Below are positions 30,801 to 39,215 of a stretch of 64,000 nt of DNA, piece by piece; position 1 is the stretch's first letter; each line of letters begins with the position of its first letter. This stretch comes from Candidatus Multivoradales bacterium. Its GTDB lineage: Bacteria; Acidobacteriota; Thermoanaerobaculia; Multivoradales; JAHEKO01. The stretch spans positions 64,001 through 128,000 of the forward strand of contig CBDCVR010000013.1 in NCBI GenBank assembly GCA_965223155.1, read 5' to 3'. The notes beneath the pieces are model-generated. The model made no database searches and was not told where the DNA came from. It was given only the letters and a program-made list of their open reading frames with translations. Both the position numbers and the translations under genes were made by a program.

Positions 30801-31413
30801 CAAGGGTGTCGCGGGCTCGGCCATTCAGGTCTTGGAAGCGCTGCTGCGGCTGCGGCAGGTCGCCTGCCACCCCGGCCTGGTCGATCCCGACTGGGCGGAA
30901 GCCGGGAGCGCCAAGCTGGAGACGCTATTCGAGCAGGTCGATGAGGTTCTGGACGAAGGCCACAAAGCTCTGGTCTTCTCGCAGTTCACCTCGCTTCTGG
31001 CCTTCGTGCGCGATCATCTGGACCGGGACGGTCGGCCCTATGCCTATCTGGACGGCAAGACCAGGAACCGGGGAGAGCTCGTGGATCGCTTCCAGAACGA
31101 TCCGGACTGCAACCTGTTCCTGATCAGCCTCAAGGCCGGCGGCGTCGGCCTCAACCTCACCGCGGCCGGCTACGTCTTTCTGCTGGATCCGTGGTGGAAC
31201 CCCGCGGTCGAGGCGCAGGCCATCGATCGCACCCACCGCATCGGCCAGACCCAGCCGGTGTTCGCCTACCGCCTGATCGCCCAGGACACGGTGGAAGAAA
31301 AGCTACTCGAGCTCCAGAGCGCCAAGCGGGATTTGGCCGACGCCATCCTCGAGGGCGAGGGCCAGTCGTTGCGCGATCTCACCGCCGACGATCTCCGGTT
31401 GCTGCTGAGCTAA
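27868..31413 (+). CDS. SNF2/SWI2 family helicase with N-terminal SWIM zinc finger
   Basis: CECP...FCRH; LADDMGLGKT, LDEAQ, TGTPIEN, LRRTK, FSQF, SLKAGGVGLNL, DPWWNPAVEAQA. Confidence 0.95.
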   Translation: MSKESSSPARKRGRGRGRSGAPQGPVPLHRRSRSHFRPEERERGVECFFEGRVGLEIDGPRAQGSVTLGEGDAAETFRVGVDWHRIAERRVHTYCECPRFERGQFCRHVWAVLLALGESGEEHQPPGKDRLGLRKDGPEAWTELTSFAGGETVEPPPAEPGRDPEAIKKTVHLARPPRKAARSAARSGRGAPASWRSVVAALGDELAVAQGPAAIPQSAAPARNPTPVQFAINTAASEQSAGLVLDIFERSVSAGGKPKKAKRATVEHGRLERLLLPSGPNGGDSPAPSLTLVPELSPAPARRKNPPRKGGRRRKQAQDGVRRLMLPPALYPLALPHLASQRMLSRWDGRALNSVRPVRWDSGGVWHLALELAVGSKGVARLTGALERRTESIPLGEPALILVPAADGQNGSSRALVVLADTIGWLEVDRRRDLPWIRFLRSDGELVIPEKEVEMAVSQLLQLPALPRLEMPDDLGLEEEIRTPQPRLALEPEPAYLNRPYLAELSFDYGTVEIEADDTRSSVVDWETRTMLRRDLEQESAAVVRLLELGLNAVESADGGMQALHLDPSRLPAVIEPLLQEGWSVEVQGRTVCPPSPPNLKIESGIDWFDLSGEVDFDGDQLDLAAVLDAVSRGDHFVELEDGSKGLLPTAWMETYDSLADAARETTESGLRFQFSQALLVDALLTAMPPADVDEAFSNLREKLGSFERIKPKKEPRGFGGTLRAYQRRGLGWLTFLREFGLGGVLADDMGLGKTVQVLALILAHRTPSKTTKLPFLVVAPRSVVYNWLDEAAQFTPKLKVVEYRGAGREELLEKFGKFDVVVTTYGTLRRDISELAQIEFDTVILDEAQAIKNPTSQTAKASRLLNARHRLALTGTPIENHLGELGSIFEFLNPNFLGRLPRLEVLTARRVPSKKELAQLAEDLRPFILRRTKAQVLPDLPPKTEQVLLCTMRSEQRELYDQVRAGYQASLLEQVETKGVAGSAIQVLEALLRLRQVACHPGLVDPDWAEAGSAKLETLFEQVDEVLDEGHKALVFSQFTSLLAFVRDHLDRDGRPYAYLDGKTRNRGELVDRFQNDPDCNLFLISLKAGGVGLNLTAAGYVFLLDPWWNPAVEAQAIDRTHRIGQTQPVFAYRLIAQDTVEEKLLELQSAKRDLADAILEGEGQSLRDLTADDLRLLLS

Positions 31414-31484
31414 GGCGGGGCCCCCGGCCCTGGAGCCCCGGAGCCAGCGGAACCTCGCTCCATGCGCCGACGCGCCCCGGACGG

Positions 31485-32483
31485 CTAACGGCCGGCGAGA
31501 CCAGTAAACGAGACGATCACCGCCACCAGCAGAAGAAGCGCCAGCCAGACCGTGAGCGCCAGCCGGGTGGCCCGCTGCGAGCGCTCGGCCGCCCACCAGG
31601 ACCGGGGGCGGACGCCCTGAAGACGGAACACGGCGACGCCGGCCAGGTTGATGCAGATGATGTTGGCCGCGGCCAGGAGCACGGCATTGAGGGCCGGCTC
31701 ATAGTGCCCGCTCACGAGCAGCAGGGCCGCCACCGCGACCGGAGGCAGCAAGGCCACCGCCACCATGACGCCCACGAGGGCGCTTGCCACGCCCGTGGTG
31801 ACCGCTAGAGCGCCGGCGGCGCCGGTAGCGAGGGCGACCACCAAGTCGCCCAGGGAAAGGGCCGTGCGCGAGGCGATCTCCGGTGTCGAGGGGTCGGCCT
31901 GCCAGACGAAGGCGGCCGCGACGGAGACGCCGAAGGCGACGGCGAAACCGGCCAGCGAAGTTCTGGCGGCGCGGCCCCCAAGGCGCAGATCGCCCAGGGT
32001 CGTGGCCAGTGTCAGGGCCATGCTGGGACCCAGGAGCGGCGCGATCACCATCGCGCCCACGACTACCGCGGCCTGGTTCTTGGCCAGCCCGATGGCGGCG
32101 ATGACCGCGGCCAGTCCCGTAGTGATGAGGAACTCCGGGGTCGTGCGGCTCATCGATTCGAGATCCTCGTAGAGCTCCTGCCGGCTGATCCGACGGCCCA
32201 GAAGGCCTCGGCGCCCGGCCCCGGCCGGAGTCGATTCCGAGACTATGTCTGGAACCGTGGCCTCGAGCGGCAGCACCAGAATGCGGGCATCCGGCTGGGC
32301 AGCGATCACGGGTTGCAGTGGATCCAGGAGCGCTTCGACCCGGTCCGCCGGCACCGCGACGCGCAGCACGGCGCGCTCGGTCCCGGATTCCCAAGACCAG
32401 GCGGGCTCGGTCGCCTCGATCGCCAGACGCACGGCTTCCAGCCGATCGGGTGGGACGTAGATCTCGACGAGGCGCTCGCGCAT
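31485..32483 (-). CDS. TIGR00341 / DUF389 family membrane protein
   Basis: VVVGAMVIAPLLGP, EIASRT, LVGVMVAVALLPP and NIICINLA motifs. Confidence 0.88.
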   Translation of the reverse strand: MRERLVEIYVPPDRLEAVRLAIEATEPAWSWESGTERAVLRVAVPADRVEALLDPLQPVIAAQPDARILVLPLEATVPDIVSESTPAGAGRRGLLGRRISRQELYEDLESMSRTTPEFLITTGLAAVIAAIGLAKNQAAVVVGAMVIAPLLGPSMALTLATTLGDLRLGGRAARTSLAGFAVAFGVSVAAAFVWQADPSTPEIASRTALSLGDLVVALATGAAGALAVTTGVASALVGVMVAVALLPPVAVAALLLVSGHYEPALNAVLLAAANIICINLAGVAVFRLQGVRPRSWWAAERSQRATRLALTVWLALLLLVAVIVSFTGLAGR

Positions 32484-32604
32484 CGGATTCCCTGGCGGAG
32501 GCCGAGGTTACCAGGCGTAAGGGATCCGGATTCCAGCGCCTGGAGTATGCTGGAGGTGTGACGAGCTCGATCGGGGCCAGGTGGACTTTCCAGCGAGGGC
32601 GGCC

Positions 32605-33753
32605 GTGAAGCGCATCGGGGTCCTCACCGGCGGCGGCGACGTGCCCGGTCTGAACGCGGTGATCAAGGCGGTGGTGCACCGCATGCGCCGGGAAGGCCGC
32701 GAAGTGCTCGGTCTGCGCCGGGGCTGGGCTTCTTTGGTGCACCTCGTGCCCGGCGACTCGTCCGCTAACGAGGAGTGGACCGTGGAGTTGGACCGGGCCT
32801 CGACCCGCCGTATTGATCGCTCGGGCGGCACGGTGCTCCATAGCTCGCGGCTCAACCCAGCGCTGCTGCTACCCAATCAGGTCCCGGAGCATCTCGAGGC
32901 CGAGGTGGTTGGTGAAGTGTTCGACGCCACCGAGCACGTCTTGCGAGTGATCGAACATCTGGAGCTCGATGCGGTGGTCGCGATCGGTGGCGACGGCACC
33001 CTGTCCTACGCGCGCCGGTTGCACGAAGAGGGGGTGCCGGTTCTGGCAGTTCCCAAGACCATGGACAACGACGTGTACGGCACGGACTACAGCATTGGGT
33101 TCTCGACCGCGGTCAGCCGCAGCGTGCACTTCATCAACGATCTGCGCACCGCAGCGGGTTCTCACGAGCGGGTCCTGGTGGTGGAGCTCTTCGGCCGCCA
33201 CTCGGGCGAGCCCTGCCTGCTGACTTCGTATCTGGCGGCCGTCGATCGGGCGGTGCTGGCGGAAGTGCCCTTCGATCCAGAGCGCTTGTGTGGGCTGCTG
33301 CTGCGGGATAAGCAGGCGAGTCCCTCGAACTACTCGGTGCTGGCGATCTCCGAAGGAGCGCACGTCGTAGACGGCGAGCCTCTCGAGAGCGGCGAGGCGG
33401 ATGCCGTCGGCCATCGCAAGCTGGGCGGCATCGGCGCCGAGGTCACCGCGCACTTGAAGCGCGTCAGCGGCGAGCGCGCCATGTACCAGCCGCTGGGCTA
33501 CCTGATGCGCTCGGGCCCCCCGGACGCCCTCGACTTGCTCGTCGCCAACAACTTCGGCAACCTGGTCGCGGATCTGCTGCTGGCGGGCAAGGCTGGCTTG
33601 ATGACGGCGGTGGTCGGCGGCCGCTACGCGGCGGTTTCGGTGGAGCGGGTGGGGGAGGGCGTGCGACGGGCGGACATCGATCGCTTCTACGACACCCAGA
33701 CCTACCGACCAAAGATGACCTCGGTGGCGAGCTTGCCCATGTTTCTGCACTGA
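32605..33753 (+). CDS. pfkA: 6-phosphofructokinase
   Basis: LTGGGDVPGLN, GGTVLHSSR, IGGDGT, PKTMDND, ELFGR and LGYLMRSG. GGDG suggests ATP dependence. Confidence 0.93.
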   Translation: MKRIGVLTGGGDVPGLNAVIKAVVHRMRREGREVLGLRRGWASLVHLVPGDSSANEEWTVELDRASTRRIDRSGGTVLHSSRLNPALLLPNQVPEHLEAEVVGEVFDATEHVLRVIEHLELDAVVAIGGDGTLSYARRLHEEGVPVLAVPKTMDNDVYGTDYSIGFSTAVSRSVHFINDLRTAAGSHERVLVVELFGRHSGEPCLLTSYLAAVDRAVLAEVPFDPERLCGLLLRDKQASPSNYSVLAISEGAHVVDGEPLESGEADAVGHRKLGGIGAEVTAHLKRVSGERAMYQPLGYLMRSGPPDALDLLVANNFGNLVADLLLAGKAGLMTAVVGGRYAAVSVERVGEGVRRADIDRFYDTQTYRPKMTSVASLPMFLH

Positions 33754-33779
33754 GGCCGATGCGACGAATCTCGAGAGCG

Positions 33780-35633
33780 ATGTCCACAACGATTCCGCAC
33801 ACCGTGGTGTGGCTCGGGGTCTCGGTAGCGAGCCTCGCTGCCAGCGTTGTCGCCCAGTCGCCGCCGGCCGGAGGCCCGGCCGAAGCCGCGGCCAGCGTTC
33901 CGGAGGCGAGATTCTCAGAGAGCGTCGCGGTCGAGCTCGTCACGGTGGACGTATGGGTGACGGATGAGGCCGGGGATGCCGTGTCCGGACTGGACGCTAC
34001 GGAATTCGAGTTACTGCACGACGGCAAGCCGGTCGCGATCGAGCATTTCTCCGAAATGCGGTCGGCCGGATCCGGACGACGGCAAGCTACGCGAGCCTCC
34101 GGCATCGCGACGAGCCTTCAGCAGCCGAGCCCCGAAAGTCACTTGATCGTGTATCTGGATCGATCCCGGCTGCACCCGGTCCACCTGCCGGCGGCGATTC
34201 AGGGACTCCGGGATCTCGTACGAAGCGGCACCGTCCAACCCGAGCAGCTGATGGTTCTGCGTCAGGACGAGGGGCTCTTCGTGGAGGCTCCTTTCGGCTC
34301 CTCGGCACGAGATCTCGAAGACGCGCTCGATCGACTGGCCGAGCCGAGCGCGGGCGGAGCCGACTTCGAAACGGAGACCGAACAAGCACTCGACGCGATC
34401 CGCCGCATTTGGGAAGAGAATCGCGATGTCGCAAGCAGCCGCGCGGCGGGCATTGCGGGCGCCTCCCAGCCCTCGGCCGGGGGGCCGCCGGCCGGCGTCC
34501 CTTCGGGCGGTCCGCGTGGCGTGGTCGGCGGCGTCGGCACCGGAGGGGCGTCGGACGCCTGCGGCTCGTTTGTCGGCCAGGTGCAGCCCGTCCTGGCTTC
34601 GTGGGCGCGCTCACGGGCCGCGCGACTCGAGCGAACTCTGGCCAGCCTCTACGACCTGACCGGATTCCTGGCGGGCCTCTCGGGTGTCAAGAGCCTGGTC
34701 TACGTCAGCGACGGACTCGAGACCGATCCCGGGAACGCGCTGGCGACCTTCGCCGCCGGCTTCTGCCCGACCGGGGCAACGCAGCTGCTGGCCGGGACAC
34801 GCACCGAAGACCGCAGCTCGGCCTTCTTGAGCCTGACCCGCCACGCCAATGCGAACCGGGTTACGGTGCATTCCCTCCAGGCCACGGGACTGCGGGCGCC
34901 ACGGGCGCAGTCGGCGGCACGGGGGCGCCGGGTGCGCTCCGGAAGCGAGCGCTCGGGCGGATCGTTCGAGCAGACCCGCCGCGCGAGCGAGCGGCGCGGG
35001 CTCGAGGTCTTGAGCGGGGAGACGGGGGGCCGGGTTGTCGTCAATCAGAACGAGCTGGGGCCGGGGCTGAGGAAGATCGCCGCCGACGCCTCGGGGTACT
35101 ACTCGTTGGCCTACCGGCCGCCGGCAGCGGTCGGCCGCGAGCACCGGATCGAAGTTCGCTCGAAGACGTCCTCGCATCGGCTGCGCTACCGGCGTGGCTA
35201 CGTCTCCAAGGATCCGTCCCAGCGGTTGGCCGAACGGACTCAGGGAGCACTCAATCTGGGCCTCAGCCGGAATCCGCTCGAGGTTCGACTCGGAGCAGGA
35301 GAGGTCGAGGCTCTGCCTGATGGGCGCTACCGGCTGCCGCTGCACGTGGTCGTGCCGGCCGAGCGCATCGTCTTTGTGCCGAGTCCGACCGAGTCGGTGG
35401 CCGAGATCGCGATCCAGGTCCTGACGCGGCCGGTCGAAGGTGGGCAGGTGGCGAAGGCCGGTCAGACGTTTCGGATTCGTGGAGCCGCGGGTGGAGCGGC
35501 CAACACCGGTTCGGCGGCCCTGACCGTGCCCCTGGAGCTGCCGGGTGGCGTCTACGTCACCGCGGTGGGCGTCCTCGACGCGGCCAGCGGCGAGATGTCG
35601 TTCGTGTCGACCACCTTGCAAATCGGGTCCTAG
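33780..35633 (+). CDS. Acidobacterial VWA-related exported protein
   Basis: Signal peptide; FSESVAVELVTVDVWVTD..G..V.GL, KSLVYVSDG, ETGGR, YYSLAY, RYRRGY. Confidence 0.82.
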   Translation: MSTTIPHTVVWLGVSVASLAASVVAQSPPAGGPAEAAASVPEARFSESVAVELVTVDVWVTDEAGDAVSGLDATEFELLHDGKPVAIEHFSEMRSAGSGRRQATRASGIATSLQQPSPESHLIVYLDRSRLHPVHLPAAIQGLRDLVRSGTVQPEQLMVLRQDEGLFVEAPFGSSARDLEDALDRLAEPSAGGADFETETEQALDAIRRIWEENRDVASSRAAGIAGASQPSAGGPPAGVPSGGPRGVVGGVGTGGASDACGSFVGQVQPVLASWARSRAARLERTLASLYDLTGFLAGLSGVKSLVYVSDGLETDPGNALATFAAGFCPTGATQLLAGTRTEDRSSAFLSLTRHANANRVTVHSLQATGLRAPRAQSAARGRRVRSGSERSGGSFEQTRRASERRGLEVLSGETGGRVVVNQNELGPGLRKIAADASGYYSLAYRPPAAVGREHRIEVRSKTSSHRLRYRRGYVSKDPSQRLAERTQGALNLGLSRNPLEVRLGAGEVEALPDGRYRLPLHVVVPAERIVFVPSPTESVAEIAIQVLTRPVEGGQVAKAGQTFRIRGAAGGAANTGSAALTVPLELPGGVYVTAVGVLDAASGEMSFVSTTLQIGS

Positions 35634-35635
35634 CC

Positions 35636-36838
35636 GTGACCTCGCGCTCCGCTTGGGCGACTCTTCTTCGCGGCCCCGCATTGGGTTTGGCCGCGGCGGT
35701 CTGGATCGGCGCGGTGTCCGGCTGCGCGGCCCGTCCTGCGCCAGAATCCGCGGCTGCCGCCGGGGGTGGCGATCTCGAGACGGTCTCACCCCCAGAGCGT
35801 CTTGCTTGCGACAACGCTCGTCTCACGGGCTACGACGAGCTCCTGGTGCTGGCGCCCCATCCCGACGATGAGGTCCTGGCCTTCGCGGGTCTCATCTCGG
35901 CCTATCTGGAGGCCGGCAAGCCGGTTGAGGTGGTGGTCGTGACCGACGGCGACGCCTATTGCGACGCCTGCCGGTTCTGGAAATCCGGGTCGATCGACGG
36001 CCCCTTGTGCGATGCCAGCGAGCTCTCCAACTTCGCAACGCCGGAGATCGACAGCCTGGCCGAAGTTCGGCGTGCGGAGAGCCGAGCGGCGCTCGAAGTG
36101 TTGGGCGGACCCGAGCCAGTGTTCTTGGGCTACCCGGACACGGGGCTTGCCGCCTCCTGGGCGAATCTCGAAAGCGGCGTCCCCGAGGCTTTGCTGCGGA
36201 GATCCGATTTCTCGGCGGTCGCGGATTGTTCGTCGGGTTACGGAGCCGGCCCCGAGACCGCGCTCACCGCCGAGAGCCTGGAGTTCGCGCTTGGCGAAAG
36301 GCTGGCCCGCACCTCCGAGACGGCCCTCATCGCGACTACCCATTGGCTCGACGGGCACGGCGATCACGCGGGCCTGGGGCGCTGGGTCCGGAAGTTGAAC
36401 GGTGAGCTGGACCGTCCGCGGGCGCTCGCCTACGGCGTCGTCCACGCCCACACACCCAAGGATACGCCTCACTTCGACTGCTGGTATCCGGAGCCTCGGG
36501 CTCTCGAATGCCCCTGCTTTGGCCTCGGCGTCACCTCGGCTCCTTTGGGCCGCCTGGCCGAGTTGCGCGAGCATCGTCTTCGTCCCTCCTGGCCGGCGGC
36601 GCTGCCCGACGACGCCGACTACGGCCCCGAGAGCCAGCTCTGCCTGGAACCCGAGTTCTATTCTGGGGCCGCGGCCCGCAAGCTCGCGGCGGTGCGCGCC
36701 TACGCCTCGCAGCTCGGCTTCGCCGGTCGCAACGAGGCGCCGCCGGTCGCGGCGCGCGGCTTGATGGACTGCAACGGCTACTTGCTTTCGTTCGTGCGCC
36801 GCTCGGAGGCGTTCGTGCTCGTCGACGGCAGCCGCTGA
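35636..36838 (+). CDS. PIG-L/LmbE family de-N-acetylase, Cys-rich lipoprotein
   Basis: APHPDDE, VTDGD, RRAES, FLGYPD, DGHGDH, KLAAV..Y.SQ; lipobox VSGC. Confidence 0.85.
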   Translation: MTSRSAWATLLRGPALGLAAAVWIGAVSGCAARPAPESAAAAGGGDLETVSPPERLACDNARLTGYDELLVLAPHPDDEVLAFAGLISAYLEAGKPVEVVVVTDGDAYCDACRFWKSGSIDGPLCDASELSNFATPEIDSLAEVRRAESRAALEVLGGPEPVFLGYPDTGLAASWANLESGVPEALLRRSDFSAVADCSSGYGAGPETALTAESLEFALGERLARTSETALIATTHWLDGHGDHAGLGRWVRKLNGELDRPRALAYGVVHAHTPKDTPHFDCWYPEPRALECPCFGLGVTSAPLGRLAELREHRLRPSWPAALPDDADYGPESQLCLEPEFYSGAAARKLAAVRAYASQLGFAGRNEAPPVAARGLMDCNGYLLSFVRRSEAFVLVDGSR

Positions 36839-36878
36839 AGCGGGACGCCGGACGGCTCGGGCTCGTGCCTCCGTTTGG

Positions 36879-36892
36879 CTAAATCGTTTCAG
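36879..36892. promoter_or_regulatory. Candidate LacI-family operator upstream of the SSS transporter
   Basis: CTAAATCGTTTCAG, matching the sites at 53393 and 53460. A TAGGAT -10 at 36900-36905 lies 7 nt before ATG 36913 (leaderless). Confidence 0.65.
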
Positions 36893-36912
36893 TGTGGTGT
36901 AGGATCCCGCCC

Positions 36913-38808
36913 ATGCTCGTAGACTTCGTGTTGCTCGATTGGATCTGGGTCGGGCTCTTCATAGGACTGATGGTCCTGTGTGGGGTGATCTTCTACCGGT
37001 TGGGAAAGCGTAGCGAGGCGGATTTCTTCCTGGCGGGACGGGGTCTGCCTTGGTGGCTGCCCGCGACCTCGGTCTACGCCACCCACACCGCCACCGACAC
37101 GCCCATGTGGATCACGGGAACGATCTACAAGTGGGGGATGCGCGGTATCTGGTATCCGTTCTTTTCGGCTTGGTGCGCGATCTCTCCCTTTGTTTCGACC
37201 CGCATCTTCCGGAGGTCGCTGGCGATGAGCCAGGCCGAGTGGCAGAGCCTGCGCTATTCGGGCTTGGGCTCCGAGCTCCTGCGCGGTTGGTTGGCGGGTT
37301 GGCAGACTTTCATGAACATGTTCGTCGTGGCCTGGGTCTCGGCGGCGATGGGCAAGGTCTGCATCTATCTTTTCGGCTGGCCCGCCTGGGTCGGCATCGT
37401 GGTCTTCACCTCGATCTGCGCGATCTACGTGCTGACCGCGGGCTACTGGGGCGTGGTCATGGCCGACTTCCAGCAGGGACTGATCAGCTTCGCGGTCATC
37501 ACCCTGGTGTCGCTGTGGGGAATTTACGAGGCCGGCGGCCCGACCATGATCGTCGACAAGCTGGCCACCCTGGGGGAGGGCTGGCGCACGAATCCGTTCC
37601 ACTTCGACGCGTTCATGGGGCTGGATCCGGACAAGTTCTACGCCCTCGACGTCATTACCCTGCTGGTGATGGCGATTTTCGGCGGTCTGGGCATGGGCAA
37701 CTTCATCGACTGGTACCCGGAAGCGCAACGCATCCAGAGCGCCCGCACCGTCCGGGACGCGGCCTACTCGATTTGGGCCGGCGGGCTGGCGGCGATCTTC
37801 CGGAACTCCTTCTGGGCGGTCTCGATCCTGGCCTTCTTCGTCATGTTCCCGGGGATCCGCGACCAGAGCGTGTACGAGTTCGGCTGGTTCCAGCTCGGGT
37901 TCGACTACCTGCCGGCCGGCCTCATTGGCATGCTGTTCGCGGCGATCGTGGCGATCCATCTGTCCACGATCTCGACCCACCTCAATCTGGGCGCGCTCTA
38001 CGCCACCCGGGATTTGTACCACCACTACATCAATCCGAAGGCCGACGAGCGCCGGCTGGTCACGGTGGGCCGCATCAACACCCTCATCCTGCTCATCGGA
38101 AGCTTCGTTTTGGGTCTCTCGATGGAGAACATCACCAAGTGGTTGATCTTCGCCCTCTGGCTTCAGGCGGCCGGCATCTGGGTGCCCTCGATCCTGCAGG
38201 TACTGTGGTGGCGCTTCAACTCCTGGGCCTATCTGGCGAGCTGGATCGCCAATCTGGTGATGAGCTGGCTGGTGGTCTTCGTGCTGCCGGCTGTGGGCGT
38301 CTTGCCGGCGCTCCCCGATTGGGCCAGCTTCTGGCTCCTGGCCGTGCTGGTGGCGCTGGTCTACGTTCCGGTGTGTTTCTTGACCAAGCCGGACGACATG
38401 GATCACCTGGTGGACTACTACGTGCAGGCGCGGCCGGCGGGGGCTTGGGGCCCGGTCAAGCAGGAAGCGATCCGGCGCGGCTTGATCCCTGCCACCGAAA
38501 GCCACAAGAGCCACGGTTTGCTGCATCCTGAATGGACGCCCGAGGAGGCCGATATGTGGACCGCTCACGATTTCGTGGCCGCTCTGCTGTCGGCCGCGTG
38601 CTACATCCTGGTGGCGATCGGCGTCGCCGGTACGTTGCTCTTCCGCCCCTGGGGCTACGCCAGCCTGGCCGCTAGCGCACTGTGCGCGGTGGCCATGTTC
38701 AAGATCATCGATCCGAAGATGAAGGCCATGTCGGTGGCCTTCGAGAGCAATCAGGCGGACTATCTCGAACGGGTCAATCAGAAGACCCGCTGGGAGGGGC
38801 ACCCATGA
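36913..38808 (+). CDS. Sodium:solute symporter (SSS) family transporter
   Basis: DFFLAGRGLPWW, GYWGVVMADFQQ, AQRIQSAR, LPAGLIG, STISTHLNLG, RDLY. Confidence 0.92.
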   Translation: MLVDFVLLDWIWVGLFIGLMVLCGVIFYRLGKRSEADFFLAGRGLPWWLPATSVYATHTATDTPMWITGTIYKWGMRGIWYPFFSAWCAISPFVSTRIFRRSLAMSQAEWQSLRYSGLGSELLRGWLAGWQTFMNMFVVAWVSAAMGKVCIYLFGWPAWVGIVVFTSICAIYVLTAGYWGVVMADFQQGLISFAVITLVSLWGIYEAGGPTMIVDKLATLGEGWRTNPFHFDAFMGLDPDKFYALDVITLLVMAIFGGLGMGNFIDWYPEAQRIQSARTVRDAAYSIWAGGLAAIFRNSFWAVSILAFFVMFPGIRDQSVYEFGWFQLGFDYLPAGLIGMLFAAIVAIHLSTISTHLNLGALYATRDLYHHYINPKADERRLVTVGRINTLILLIGSFVLGLSMENITKWLIFALWLQAAGIWVPSILQVLWWRFNSWAYLASWIANLVMSWLVVFVLPAVGVLPALPDWASFWLLAVLVALVYVPVCFLTKPDDMDHLVDYYVQARPAGAWGPVKQEAIRRGLIPATESHKSHGLLHPEWTPEEADMWTAHDFVAALLSAACYILVAIGVAGTLLFRPWGYASLAASALCAVAMFKIIDPKMKAMSVAFESNQADYLERVNQKTRWEGHP

Positions 38809-39206
38809 TCGACGAAGCAATCGGCAAGATCCTGGGCATGGCGATGGCGTACGTCGCCAGCGCGGCAGGTCTCTTTGTGGCCTACGTCAATTATCGAAAG
38901 CGCATCGTCAAGGCCGACAAGGTCATGACGCCCGCCGCCTGGGCCACGATCGCGATCGTCGTGGTCGCCCTGGCCGCCGGCGTTCTCGTGGTCGGGAGCC
39001 TGGCCACCGAGCGGGCCGAGCCCGCGGCGGTCGAGATCGCCGAAGCACCGCCGCCGGAGGTCGAGGCGCCGCCTCCGGTACCGTCCGAGCCGGAGCCTCG
39101 TCAGCAATGGAGCTGGCTGGGCGTTTTGCTGCCGGCCTCGATCTTTCTGTTCGCGACCGTCGTCACCGCTAGCCTGCACCGGCGCTTCTCGACCCACGGC
39201 CACTAG
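38805..39206 (+). CDS. Small 3-TM membrane protein coupled to the SSS gene
   Basis: ATGA overlap with the SSS stop; three hydrophobic segments and a Pro/Glu-rich loop. Confidence 0.7.
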   Translation: MIDEAIGKILGMAMAYVASAAGLFVAYVNYRKRIVKADKVMTPAAWATIAIVVVALAAGVLVVGSLATERAEPAAVEIAEAPPPEVEAPPPVPSEPEPRQQWSWLGVLLPASIFLFATVVTASLHRRFSTHGH

Positions 39207-39215
39207 CCGAAGGCT

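Noticed and set aside
27868-31413. SNF2 helicase as part of an anti-phage defence system
   Set aside because: It is the common stand-alone SWIM-SNF2 type with no nuclease, methylase or other defence neighbours.
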